Positions 20,111 through 32,558 of a stretch of DNA of 64,000 nucleotides are shown piece after piece. Position 1 is the first letter of the stretch. Each line of letters starts with the position of its first letter. The notes beneath the pieces were generated by a model. It did not search any database, was not told where the DNA came from, and saw only the letters and a list, made by a program, of their open reading frames with translations. This DNA comes from Dictyostelium discoideum (taxonomy: Eukaryota): contig CM000153.2 of the NCBI GenBank assembly GCA_000004695.1, positions 1,344,001 to 1,408,000 on the forward strand, written 5' to 3'. The translations under genes and the position numbers were made by a program.

Positions 20111-21156
20111 TTACTCTTCAACAATATCAGTTAAAGAAGGAGATCTTGAGATTGAAGAAGAGATTGGAGAATTTGAAGAATGAATAGAAGTTTCACTTGT
20201 GCCAGTCATAGAGATAAAAGATGATGAATTATGTGAATTTGAAATTGAAATTGAAGAAGTTGAAATTGGAAGGAATCCATTCTCTCTTAATTTTAATTTA
20301 ATTAAATTTCTAAGGAATAAAGTACATTGATGTAATTTCTCTAAACTTGTATATTTACCAACTGATGATGAAGTTGGTGTTGTTGATGAATTATTATTAC
20401 TATTATTATTATTATTATCTCTATGATGGTGACTATTATGATGATGGTGATGGTGATGATGGTGATCATTATTTTCTTTATTATTATTATTATTGTTTGG
20501 TGAAATTGAAATTAAATTTGGGGCTATTACAATTGCTAAGATTTTAGCACTACATTTATTAGTGTAAGCACTTTGAGAAACTTCAGATAAGAATCTAACT
20601 AACCATAATAGTAAGGATCTATAAGGTTGAGGAATTGAATCTAATGAAGCTTCAGCAGTTGATTCTTGAGTTGAAGCATAAAGTAAAGTTTCATCATCTA
20701 AAAGTGAACAAATCTTTTTTGGTAATTTTGAAAACCAACGTTTAATGAAACATGCAATACCAATAGCATCAACATTTGGATTATTGCTTGTTAATAAAGT
20801 ACCATTCTCAATTTCTTTAATGATTTCAGTGAATGTTAAATCATAATAGTTATTTGTTTTAAATATACCTTCAATTGAGAACCCATCCAATTCAATAAAC
20901 TTTTGTTTCAAGTCTAATAATAAACATGGTATATTAAATCCAGTTATCGGGTCAATCTTTGATACAATTGTATTTGGATCAACACCAAATATTGTATTTG
21001 TTCTCTTAAACATTAATTTATCCAATGGTTCAATCATTGGATAATGTGATAAAGTTTTATATGGATCTAAATAAATTGAACTACCATAACTTAAACCTTC
21101 TCTATTTCCATTATTTACAGTATTAAAAAATAATCCATATTCATCTAATGGATCGT
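20111..21156 (-). CDS. RhoGAP-domain protein, exon 2 (RhoGAP domain).
   Basis: Acceptor tttatatag|ac. The junction reads ...NENIKI-N-DPLDEYGLFFNTVNNGNREGLSYGSSIYLDPYKT.... RhoGAP motifs: GFNIPCLLLDL...EGIFKTNN...DVHAIAGLIKRWFSKLP-like (NVDAIGIACFIKRWFSKLPKKICS) and KCSAKILAIVIAPNL. The combined CDS is 3939 nt, in frame. Confidence 0.65.
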
Positions 21157-21260
21157 CTATATAAATAAATAAAAAAAAATAAAAAAATAAAAATAAAATG
21201 AATTAATAAATTATTATTATTATTATTTTTATTATTTATATTAAATTTTAAAAAACTTAC

Positions 21261-21704
21261 TTATTTTTATATTTTCATTATTTAAAAGTAATCTATTAAA
21301 TGATTTTAAAATATCAGAAATTAATAAAGTACCTTCTAATTCTAAAATATGACTAACACTAAATTGTTCAACAGATTCAATTTGTAAATAGAATGGTAAA
21401 GTTGGAGCAACTCTTTTTGAGTCAGAGTGTAAACTTTTTGAAGAATTTTTAAAATGTAATTTTATGTTATTCCAAAAATTAAATGATGAAAGTGTACGAC
21501 GTTCATCTAATAACATATCAAATTTCTGATTTATATTTGGATTTTGATTCTTTGTACCTGATAAATGTAATTTAAAATCTTTAAATTCAACTAAATTATC
21601 AGGTATTGGATATCTATTTTGTTGAATTGAAAACGCTATATTATTATTACTACCTAAACTACCTGTTGAACTATTTGATTGAATTGTATCTGTACTACTC
21701 GCTA

Positions 21705-21785
<81 letters not shown>

Positions 21786-21795
21786 CATCTTTATC

Positions 21796-21826
<31 letters not shown>

Positions 21827-24153
21827 GCTATATTACCACTATTTGTTAAAGGATTTGTTGAAATACTATTTTTCCTTCTATTTATATGATTTTCAATATT
21901 TTGTTGTTGATGATTTGAAATTTCTGAAGTATAATCTTTTGAAAATGATAATGGACTTGCATCAGAATATGAACGTTGTTTATTTTGTTGTTGTTGTAAA
22001 TTTAAAATTTGATGATTACCAACGGTTGTAATGGTTGGTGTATTTGAAAGAATTTGACTATTTTCAAGATCACTTATTACTAAAGGTTCTAATGATAATG
22101 ATGATCTATATGATTGTGACGGTGAAGATGATGAGTTTGAACTTGACGATGATTGATGATTTAAAAAAATTGAAGATGAAGATGATGATAAAATTGAATT
22201 TGATCTACTTAATTTAATTAATGATGGTAAATAATGTACAATGATTTTATAATTAATTTCTTTTAATGTATCAGATGGATTAAAATTTAAAACGATTTCT
22301 TTATTCAAGAAAACTACTTTAACTTTTTGAGTCATACGTTTAAATTCAACTTCATCCATATGTTTTAAACCGAGTTCTGTAATTGTTTTATTACGATCAA
22401 CAAACCATAACCCATCCTTTGTAATTAAACTATAATCTTCTAATAAATCCTTTTCAATATATTGATATCTTGTACAAATTTTATTTAAAACTTCACCTAA
22501 TGTACTATCATCTTCAAAATCAAATGCTTCAATTGATTCTTGTTGTTGTAGTTGTTGTTGTTGATTTTGTAGTTGTTGAGTTCTAACAAATGTTCCAAAA
22601 TTTCTTGGTGTAGTTGGTGCAGAGTCATAATGTTGCTGTTGTTGTTGTTGCTGTTGTAATATATTATTATTACTTGATTTTAATGATGAGGTTGAATTAT
22701 TTAAACTATTTGTTGATGAAGAACGTTCACGATTGGTACCTCTTGGTGAAATACCAATTATATTTAAAAATGATTTCTTATGTTCTAATGGAGGTGGTGC
22801 GTTTACGCGTGGTGATGATGTTGACGATGATGATTGTATAACTTCATTACCATTATTTCTTGGTGATGATGATGTAGATGATGAATTGTTTAAATTATTT
22901 TCAGTTAAATTTAATTTTGGAATTGAAAATGGTTTTGAACCTAATGTAGTTGGTGATGGTGCACTATTTCCAATAGAACTTGTATTAGTTGATATTAAAT
23001 TACTATTACTATTACTATGTGTTAATGATGAATGATGTATATTTGGATCATATGAAAATGATGAAGTTCTACGCCTATGAATAATTGGTGAATTATTTGC
23101 AGATTGTGAATTTTGTAAATTTGAATTTGAATTTGAATTTGATAAAGAACTGCCAGTGGCAGCAGCAGTAGTACCACTACCACCACCAGTACCACCACTA
23201 CTACTACTGGATATATTATTTAAACTATTATTTAAACTATTATTTAATGATGGTAAATCACCAATTTGACCATTTATTTGAAGTGGTGGTAATGTACCAA
23301 CAGTTACAATCTCTGGTAATTTAATATAAATGGTTCTATAGGGTCTTGTTAATAAATTACCAACATTTGATAACATATGTGAAACACCACCTCTTGAATC
23401 TTTTTTAAATTCAATTTCTTGATTCTCTTTGAATTGATATTTTGAAAAACGTGAATCAATTTTACACCATTGATTCTTTTGTGGTAAAAATAAATTATAT
23501 TCTGATGCATCTAGACATCCAGGTGGTAATTTTTCAATTACTAATAGAATTGCATCTTTTATAGTCTCAACTTTATCAAATAATATCTTTTTAGTTAATC
23601 CAACTTCTGGAACTTTAACTGTTAATATAACACGCTCTTTTTCAACAACCATATTGAATGTAATATCAAATTGTTGATTATCACTTGACGACTCTGTAAA
23701 ATTATTATTATTATTTCTTGGTGAATATGTTGATCTTGGTGAATTTGTTGATCTTGGTGTTGATGAAGGTGATGTCGATGGTGTACTATTACAACTACTA
23801 TTACTACTATTATTATTATTAGAATTACCGCTATTTATTAAGTTTTGAAAAATGAATAAAATATTTCTTTTTTTTTGTGGCTGTGGTGGATTAAAATGAT
23901 TTTGAATATAGTTATTTATATTTTCTTCACTTTGACTTCTTTTATATTTATTGTTTTCGCTATTATTATTATTATTATTGTTATTGTTATTATTCTCTAC
24001 CTTTACTTGTTGTATATGTTTTTGAATTGAATGAAAGAATTCAACTGTTGATGATTTTATTTTATCTACAATTTTTATGTTTTTTGGACGATTGTCATTA
24101 AAAATAAAATTGTTAGTCTCTATTGTTTTTTTATTTAAAAATATTGACGCCAT
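21261..24153 (-). CDS. RhoGAP-domain protein, exon 1 (N-terminal region with two ubiquitin-like/RA-like folds and long poly-N/Ser tracts).
   Basis: The ORF opens at 24246, but the likely start is the ATG at 24153 (MASIFLNKK...), which follows a poly-A promoter-like run. Ubiquitin-like/RA-like segments are FDITFNMVVEKERVILTVKVPEVGLTKKILFDKVETIKDAILLV and VLNFNPSDTLKEINYKIIVHYLP. Donor is ata aaa ata a|gtaagt (phase 1). Confidence 0.6.
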
Positions 24154-24560
24154 TTTTTTTTTTATAATTTTTTTTTTTTTTTTGGAATAAAAAAAGTGAT
24201 GGGATAAATAAATTATTTGAAATGTTGACGGGGGACGATTAATCAAAAAACCAGAATTGGTGTTTATAAAAAAAAAAGAAAAAAAAAAAAAAAAAAAAAG
24301 ATTATCTTTGATAATCTATTTTTGGTTATTATTCTATTTTGATTATGATTATTATGATTGTGATTATTATAATTTTTTTTTAATCTTTGAAAATTTATTT
24401 TTATCTTTTTTTTTTTTTTTTAATCTTAATTTTATTTTATTATATCTTTATTATTATTTTTATTTTTATTTTTATTTTTATTTTTATTTTTATTTTTATT
24501 TTATATTTGGTTGTGATTTGGTATGTGTACAAAAAAATTAAATAATAAAAATAAATTTTC

Positions 24561-24628
<68 letters not shown>

Positions 24629-25263
24629 GACTGCACAGTGTATGTGTGTGGTTTTGAATATTTTATGTATATATGTGTAATATGAATTAAGTAAACTGGA
24701 TCACAAAAGTGTTGATGTTTTTTTTTTTATTATTTTTTATTTTTTTCTTTCTTTCAATTAATTGAAAAAAAAAAAAAAAAATAGATCTTAGTTTTATTAT
24801 TTTTTTTATTGAAGTTTCTTGTTTTATTTATAAACAAAAATAATTTATTTTTAGATTTATTTTTTGTGAAAAAAAAAAAAAAAAAGAAACATTAAAAAGA
24901 TTCACAAAATACAAAGAACTTTTTTTTTTTTTTGAAAATAAAAATAAAAAAATAAAAATAAAAAAATAAATCAAAAATCAAAATAAATAAATAAAATAAA
25001 ATAAATAATAAAGATATTATTTAAAAATGATTGTCCAAAAAAGATTTTTTTTTTTTTTAAAAGAAATAGCACAAATTTGTTATTCTCATTTTGTATTAAC
25101 CAACAATCAAATGTTTTTTTTATTTTTATTTTTTTTATTTTTTTATTTACAAAAAAAAAAAAAAAATAGATTTATCATTTATTTTAAATTTTTCACACAA
25201 AAAAAAAAAAACAATAATAATAAATCTTTTTTGGGAAATTATGGCAGTTATTATTTAAATAGT

Positions 25264-25290
25264 TTGTGGGTGTATGTGTGAGTGTGGTGG
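25264..25290. promoter_or_regulatory. G-box-like GT-rich element (ttgtgggtgtatgtgtgagtgtggtgg) in the RhoGAP gene upstream region. A second GT-rich patch lies at 24638-24654.
   Basis: GT-rich islands stand out in an otherwise more than 85% A/T intergenic region. They lie about 1.1 kb and 0.5 kb upstream of the minus-strand ATG at 24153. They resemble (T/G)G(T/G)G-type GBF-binding G-boxes of Dictyostelium post-aggregative promoters. Confidence 0.3.
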
Positions 25291-25440
25291 CAAAAAAAAC
25301 ACTGTGTTTTTGTAATTTTTTTTTTATTTATTTTTGATAGTTTACCACTTTGTTGAAAGAAATTTCTTGAATAAAAAAAAAAAAAACACCAATGTAAATA
25401 TCGTGTTTTTATTATTTAATTATCAATATTGTGACTATTG

Positions 25441-25502
<62 letters not shown>

Positions 25503-26407
25503 TTTATTATTGGTTGTTATTAGAATTTAATTAATGTGGTAGTGTGTTTACAAGGACTACGTTGAAAAATATTTTTTTTTTTGAAAAAACAAAAAAAAAA
25601 ATAAAAAAAAAAATAAAAAAAAAATTAAAAATAATTGTGATCAAAAAAAAAAATCTACTTTTTTTTTTTTTTTCTTTTTTTTTTTTTCTTTTTTTTCAAA
25701 TTTATTTTGGTGTCAAATGGTTTGGCAAAAGGTTCTGTTATTGGCACATTCCAATCGCTAATTTTGAGGGGTTTTGAAAAATAAAAAAAAAATTAAATTT
25801 AAAGAAAAATAAAAAAAAAATAATAAAATGTATATATGGGAAGAGGGTTTTCTTTTTTTTAATGGGTTCGCAAAAAAAAAAAAAATATCCGGTTTTTTAT
25901 TTAGATATTTATTGTGTGTGAAAAAATATTTTTTATAGATTTCAATTACTTTTGGTGAAAAGGAATGGGAAAAGTAAAGAAATTAATTTTTTAAAAAAAA
26001 TTACTTTATTTATATTTCAATTATTCAAATAATAAAAAAAATTAAGATATAGCTTGGGATTTATTAACACGTTGTGACGTTTTTACCGTTATTTTTATTT
26101 TATTTTTAATTTTTTTCAATTTTTGTAAATTCTTATCTTTGGAAATTGGGATATTGCTAATAAAAAAAAAAAAAAAAAAATAAAAAAAAAAAAAAAATTA
26201 AATTAATTAGATATTTTTGATCAGTTTTAAAACAAAACAAAATTTTTTTTTTTAAATTTTAATTTTTTATGACACTTTAATTAAAAAAAAAAAAAAACGA
26301 AAATTAAAACGCTGGTGGGAATGAAAGTTATTATTTATTTTATTTAATTTTTTTATTATTTTCAAATACTATTTTATTATTATTATTATTATTTTTTTTT
26401 ATATTTT

Positions 26408-26447
<40 letters not shown>

Positions 26448-26477
26448 CTAAAATTAAAAAATAAATCTATAAATAAT

Positions 26478-29364
26478 TTAACTAAAATTAAAATCTTCTT
26501 TTAATTTTAATAAATAGTTTTTTAATTGAACATCAGATAGTTTTGAAAATTTTAAATTTAATAATTTTTGAAGTAATTGATAAGAATCTCTAGATGGATG
26601 ATGGTATTGATTAATGGATTGATTATTTGTATTTGGATTGATTTGGTTATTGTTTGATTTTGATTCTAAAAGATTTCTTATTGTTTTAGCAGATTGAATT
26701 ACCTTTGAATCAATTCCAGCCAATTCAGCAGTTTCAACACCATAACTATCAATTGATGAAACACCTTCACTAAAGAGATAATTATATTTTAAACCAGACG
26801 AATCATCTTTGGAAACTTGAAAGTGATAAACTCTAATATTTGGATAAAATGTAGCAAGGTTTAGTAATTGTTGATAGTGAGTTACAAAGAGAGTGTAACA
26901 ACCAATCATTGATAGATGTTCACTAATTGACCATGCAATTGAAGATCCATCCATATTTGAGGTACCTCTACCTAATTCATCAATAATAACCAAACTACTT
27001 TCAGTTGTATTCTCCAAGATGTAAGAGATTTCTTTCATTTCCGTCATAAAAGTACTAGCATTTGATTGAATATTATCTGATGTGCCAAGTCTACTAATGA
27101 TTTGATCAACAATTGGTACAGTTGCAAACTCAGCAGGTAAAAAATAACCAATGTGAGCTACTATAGTCAAGAGGGCTACTTGTTGGATGTATGTAGATTT
27201 ACCAGACATATTACAACCATGAATTAATTGAAATGAGGCTGTTTCATTGATTAAAGTATCATTTGGTACAAAACAAGTTGAAAATGATTCTTTTTTCTTT
27301 GATTTCTTTAATTGTAATGGATGATAACCAGATTTAATAGCCAATGGACCTTTACCATTAAATATTTCAGGACAAACACTTTGATCCAATTGTAGTGAAT
27401 ATAATGCACCAGATACCAAGAAATCTAATAATGAAATTGATTCTGAAATATTATAAAGCTCAGAAATATGTGAACGATAGAATTCAATTAACTTTTCAAT
27501 CGATTGTGCTGAAAGTATAATAATCTCTTCAAATACTTCTCTACTTCTTCTTGATAGTGAAGTTAATTCTTCACTAAATAAATAGTACTTTTGATTTCTA
27601 TAGCTTGAACGAACAAATACATTTGGTAAATGAAATAATGCTTTATTCTTACATGGTAACGAATAATAATAACCTTTAGTTTGGCAATGTTGTAATTTTA
27701 ATTGTGGTAATTTAAATTGTTCTTTATAATATTTTGTTAATTTATTAATATCATCAGTAATTTCTTTATAGGTTTTCTTACAAACATCTAATAAACCATT
27801 TACACCATCTTTTATATACATTATAATTTTATAATTAATTTTATTAACTTGTTGTTGTTGTTGTTGTTGTTGTTCTTTTTGTTGATGTTGTTGATCTTGT
27901 TTTGATAATTGAAAATTTAAATTTACATTTAAAACTTTTGAACTTTCTTTAATTAAAATATTATTTGTTTCATTATTTAATTTTCCTTTAATTAAATTTA
28001 ACATTGGATTATCACAAATTGTACCACTATTTAATAGATTTGAAATTTTTGGTAAAAGTTCAAATATATTTTTAAAATCAATAAAACATTTAATTGAAGT
28101 TTCAATTGATTTTATTGTAACTTGTTTATTTTGTTGTGAAAATAGTAATAAGGTTTTATCGATATCTTGAATCTTTGATAATAATGGTGTTAAAGTAAAG
28201 ACAACTCTTTGATTTGAAAGTAATTGTTTAATTGCATTTTGACGATGTTTAATAGTTTCAAAATCATTTGATGGTTGTACTATTGCACTAATTAATAGTC
28301 TTGAACCTTGTGATGTTGATGTATTATTAATTGATTGATATAATGTACAATTTCTACTACCATCTTTAGAACTATGAATTAATTCCAAGTTTTTTATTGT
28401 TTCTGCATCTATTTGCATTGAATTTTCACTTCCTGAATACTTTATACGAATACAATTCTTTACAAACATTATACCATCTTGTTCTAAATATTTAATTAAT
28501 GCATTGAAACTTGATAGTGATAAAACTTTATCTTTTGTAAACTTTTCAATTATTGATATTTTATCAATTAAACAATATTGATTCATTAATGATATACCAT
28601 CATTTTCATTAAATAGTTTCTTTATAATTGGTATAATCTTTACATTTGGATATGCATTTTCAATTAATTTAACCATTTCTCTGTTTTGTTCAATTGGTGG
28701 TATAACTATTATTGAAGGATTTAAAATATATAATTTTGTATACAAATGAAAATAAGTTTGAGAATCACAAAATTGACCAGTTTCAATTTCACCACTTTCA
28801 ATATTATATGAAGAGTAACCAATTTCTCTAGTTCTATTTTCACAAATTGCAACAATTGAACCACTATGATTTTTAGTTTTATTTTTTATTATATTACTAT
28901 TAATTGAATTATTTTCATTATTAACTGAACCAGATTTTCTTAATGAATTTTGAATTGTATTTGGAAATGTTTTATTTATCTTTGGTGTATTTATAGTTGA
29001 AGTGGATTTTTTAGAATTTAAGAGTGAACTCATTGGTTTCGAGTTAGTATTATTATTTTTTGATAATGATGGAGGGGTTTTCATTGGAATATTAATTTTT
29101 GGTTTTGAAATTAATAATAAATCATTTTCATCAATATCTTTACAAATTGGATTATAGTTTATAAGTTTGTGATTTGATTTTGAAGTTTGTTCAAATGATT
29201 TGGAATTGATTGCTGAGGTTTTATTATTTTCTATATTTTTAATTATTGTTGGTTCAAAATCAAAATCTAAATCATCTAAATCACTCTCGTTGTCATTTTC
29301 ATCACCAAAATCATTTAATGTAATTTCTTTATAAATATAATTATTGTAGGAATTTTTATCAGCT

Positions 29365-29398
<34 letters not shown>

Positions 29399-29603
29399 CA
29401 TCATCATCAAATTCATAATCATCATATATACATTCAATATCATCATTATCGGCATTATTATTATTATTTATTATTGTGTCATTGTTTTTTTGAGTATTAT
29501 TTAAAAATTGTGGTTGCTGTGGTATGTGTGGTGCTGGTGGTTTGTTGTGGGTATAATTTATTTTTTTATAAAAAGATATATTCTTTGAGATACCGTTATT
29601 CAT
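26478..29603 (-). CDS. msh4: MutS homolog 4 (MSH4), meiosis-specific mismatch-repair paralog.
   Basis: No N-terminal mismatch-binding domain. The MSH4-specific N-region is IVAICENRTREIGYSSYNIESGEIETGQFCDSQTYFHLYTKLYILNPSIIVIPP (human: [53 protein letters not shown]). The ATPase region is HGCNMSGKSTYIQQVALLTIVAHIGYFLPAE...SNASTFMTEMKEISYILENTTESSLVIIDELGRGTS...TLFVTHYQQL (Walker A/B, MutS signature). The C-terminus YQLLQKLLNLKFSK...LKEDF resembles the human MSH4 tail. Confidence 0.8.
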
Positions 29604-30140
29604 ATTTATTTCTATCTGTTACTTTAAAAAAAAAAAAAAAAAAAAAAATTGTTAAGAAAAAATATTTAAATAATTTTCTAATATTATATTAAAAATTGAT
29701 TATTTTAAACAATTTTTTATACACAAACAAAGTAATTCATTAAAATAATAATAATAATAAAATAAAATAAAAAATAATTATTTGTTTTTTTTTTTTATTT
29801 TTTTTTTTTAACACACTAAAAAAAAATAGAAAAATTGTTTATTATATTTCTAAATAATCAATCACACATTTATAATTTATTTCCATAATAGTAACAAATA
29901 ATTGATTTATATATTGGGTATTGTTAATTATAATTTTAAAAATGGTATAAATATTTAAATTTTTTTTTTTACTTTTTAATATTAAATAAATTAAATTATT
30001 AATAAAATCAAAAAAGTTATTAATATAATAAAATTTTTAAATAAACTATAATAATACATTTTATAACAATAAAAAAAATAAAAAAATAAAATAAAAATTA
30101 AAAAACTTTATTTTCAAATCTAATATTTTTAAAAAAAAAA

Positions 30141-30325
30141 ATGTATCTTTCTAAATATTTAATATTATCATTGCTTTCAATTATGTGTTTTGGTCGTTAT
30201 GTTGTTAATGCAAATGCAGGTTTTATGAAACCAATTCCAAGAGTGTTATGTGAAGAAAATAATGTTAAAGGTTGTAAAATTAGAAATCCATGTCATAATC
30301 TTGCTGCAGTTTCAGGTGACGTAAA
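30141..30325 (+). CDS. Small secreted Cys-motif protein, paralog A, exon 1 (signal peptide plus CX8CX5C motif).
   Basis: MYLSKYLILSLLSIMCFGRYVVNANA is a signal-peptide-like N-terminus, followed by GFMKPIPRVLCEENNVKGCKIRNPCH. Donor aa|gtaagt at 30326 (phase 2). Confidence 0.65.
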
Positions 30326-30400
30326 GTAAGTTATAATAATACCTTATTTTATTAAAAACAATTAAAATTTTAAATTTATTAATTCATTTTTTTAATTTAG

Positions 30401-31052
30401 TCCAATTGATATTAATAAAATTTATGAATATGCAATTTATCAATTGGATGCAAGAGCAAATGAAACATCAGTTAATACATATACAATTCAATTTTTTAAA
30501 GATCAAGAGAATACTGGTTTTCAATTATTAACATTTAATCAAAATGATATGCAAAGCAATAATTCATTCTATGCAGTTAAAATGGACCCACTTAAGATGA
30601 ATACAAAATTAATGGAGAATATTGAATTTAATAAAGAAGGATTTGTATTTGGTACATTGGAATTAACATTTGATGCAAGAAGTGGTGGTGGTGATGTTTA
30701 CTATTCATGTGCAAATGTTCGTTTACAAAAGAGGAACGCAACTACCAAGAGTACTGGACAGAAAATTAAAGTTGAATCAACATTAACTTTAACTGATGGT
30801 AAAGGTAGACAACGTGGTGAAATTGAATCTGATGGTATTGCAACTGAAATCATTGTACCAGATTTAATTAATCATGAAGCAACTGTTAGCTCTGAAGATA
30901 TAGTTGCAAATGACTCAACTGAAGGTGATATTGGTCAAAATAACAATAATGAAAATTCAAATCATAAAAATAGTTCTTCAAACCTTTCAATTCCATCAAT
31001 GTTTGTTGCAACATTAATTTCATTAATTTCGTTTATAATAATTAGAAAATAA
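30401..31052 (+). CDS. Small secreted Cys-motif protein, paralog A, exon 2 (hydrophobic C-terminus, GPI-signal-like).
   Basis: Acceptor aatttag|t at 30399-400. The exon reads N-PIDINKIYEYAIYQLDARANETSVNTYTIQFF...GTLELTFDARSGGGDVYYSCANVRLQK...SIPSMFVATLISLISFIIIRK. The ORF track's M at 30444 is a TTG, not a start. Total CDS 837 nt. Confidence 0.65.
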
Positions 31053-31075
31053 TTTAATTTAATTAAATAATTTCT

Positions 31076-31106
<31 letters not shown>

Positions 31107-31299
31107 TTTTAATATAAATATATAATTAATATAAAAAATAATACAATTTAATAAAATATCTATTTGTTTAAACACTACTATCATTGCAATTCCTATTAAA
31201 ATCCCACACAAAATTTGCTGTTTATTTTATTTATAATAAAATTGGCATAGTTTTAATTTATTTTGTTTATAAATTAATGAAAAATTAAAAACAATAATA

Positions 31300-31480
31300 T
31301 TTTCACACCAAAAACACATACGAAAGATAATATTATTTTTATTTTTATTTTTTTTTTAAAAATAAAACACACAAGAAAGTAGATATAATTTTATTTTTAT
31401 TTTTTTTTTGTGTAAAAACCACACATTTCCAGTAAAGTTTTTTTTTTTTTTGTGTTAAAACATTAAAAACCACACTTACA
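31300..31480 (+). promoter_or_regulatory. Four spaced CA-rich elements (aaaaCACACA-like) 170-350 bp upstream of the secreted-protein paralog B.
   Basis: tttcacaccaaaaacacata (31301-31320), aaaacacacaag (31363-31374), aaaaaccacacatt (31414-31427) and aaaaaccacactt (31465-31477), each separated by about 50 bp of A/T-rich DNA. They resemble the CA-rich elements of Dictyostelium prespore/spore-coat promoters. Confidence 0.35.
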
Positions 31481-31646
31481 AATAATTGAATTTGCATTTG
31501 TTTGGAGAAATAAAAAAAATAATAAATAAAATAATTATTTTGAATCTGAACTTAATTTTGTTTTTCTTTTTTTTTTATTCTTTTTTTTAAAAAAAATTAA
31601 AATTACAATTACAATAAACAAATATTAATTCCAAAAAAAAAAAACA

Positions 31647-31828
31647 ATGTATCTAAGTAAATTATTATTACTTGCATTAATTGCATTCCTTGGAATTTCA
31701 TATAATAAAGTAAATGCAAATGCAGGTTTTTTAAAACCAATTCCTAAAACACGTTGTGATGATTCTGAAGTTAAAGGTTGTAAAATTAGACACCCATGCC
31801 ATGGTCCAGAAGTTGAAGGTGATGTAAA
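31647..31828 (+). CDS. Small secreted Cys-motif protein, paralog B, exon 1.
   Basis: MYLSKLLLLALIAFLGISYNKVNANAGFLKPIPKTRCDDSEVKGCKIRHPCH is a position-by-position paralog of gene A exon 1. Donor aa|gtaaga sits at the same position and in the same phase. Confidence 0.65.
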
Positions 31829-31885
31829 GTAAGATAAACATTAATTTTATTTATATATTAATTAATTTTTTATTTATATATTAAC

Positions 31886-31925
<40 letters not shown>

Positions 31926-31927
31926 AG

Positions 31928-32558
31928 TCCAATTAATGTAAATTCACCATATGAATTTGCAATTTTCCAATTATTATCAAAACAAAATGCAACATCAGCC
32001 AACACATATACCGTCCAATATTTTAATGATGGTGATACAACAGGTCATCAATTATTAACATTTAATCAAAATGATATGAATCAAAGTAGTAGTTTTTATG
32101 CAGTTGATATGGACCCAATTTCAAGTAATGAAAAGTTAATGAGTAATATTCAATTTGATGAAAAAGGATATTCATTTGGTACATTAGAGTTAACATTTGA
32201 TGCTAGAACTGGTGGTGGATCAGTGTACTATTCATGTGCATTTGTACGTTTACAAAAAACTGAACCAAAAATTGGAAAGAATAGTTTCATAGTCTCAGTT
32301 GATTCAACATTAATCTTAACAGATGGTAAAGGTGATTCATTAGGTACTTATGAAACTGATCAAACCAAAAAGAATTTAACAGTTCCATCATTAATTGCCC
32401 ATGATTTAACAGTTGAAGATAGTGATATCAAAAATACTGATAATGAAATTAATCCAAACAAAGGTGGTGATTCTGGTCATAAAAATAATTCAAATAAATT
32501 ATTCTTATCAATTGCTTTCATTGGTTTACTATCATCATTGTTATTATTATTAATTTAA
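31928..32558 (+). CDS. Small secreted Cys-motif protein, paralog B, exon 2.
   Basis: Acceptor taaatag|t. The exon reads N-PINVNSPYEFAIFQLLSKQNATSANTYTVQYF...GTLELTFDARTGGGSVYYSCAFVRLQK...LFLSIAFIGLLSSLLLLLI, colinear with paralog A including the intron position. Total CDS 813 nt. Confidence 0.65.

Noticed and set aside
21035-21037. ATG at 21037 as the start of a stand-alone 308-aa RhoGAP gene.
   Set aside because: The frame is open for 40 codons upstream to a canonical acceptor at 21157-58. That acceptor phase-matches the GTAAGT donor at 21259-60, which ends the 1001-aa ORF. A single two-exon gene is more parsimonious.
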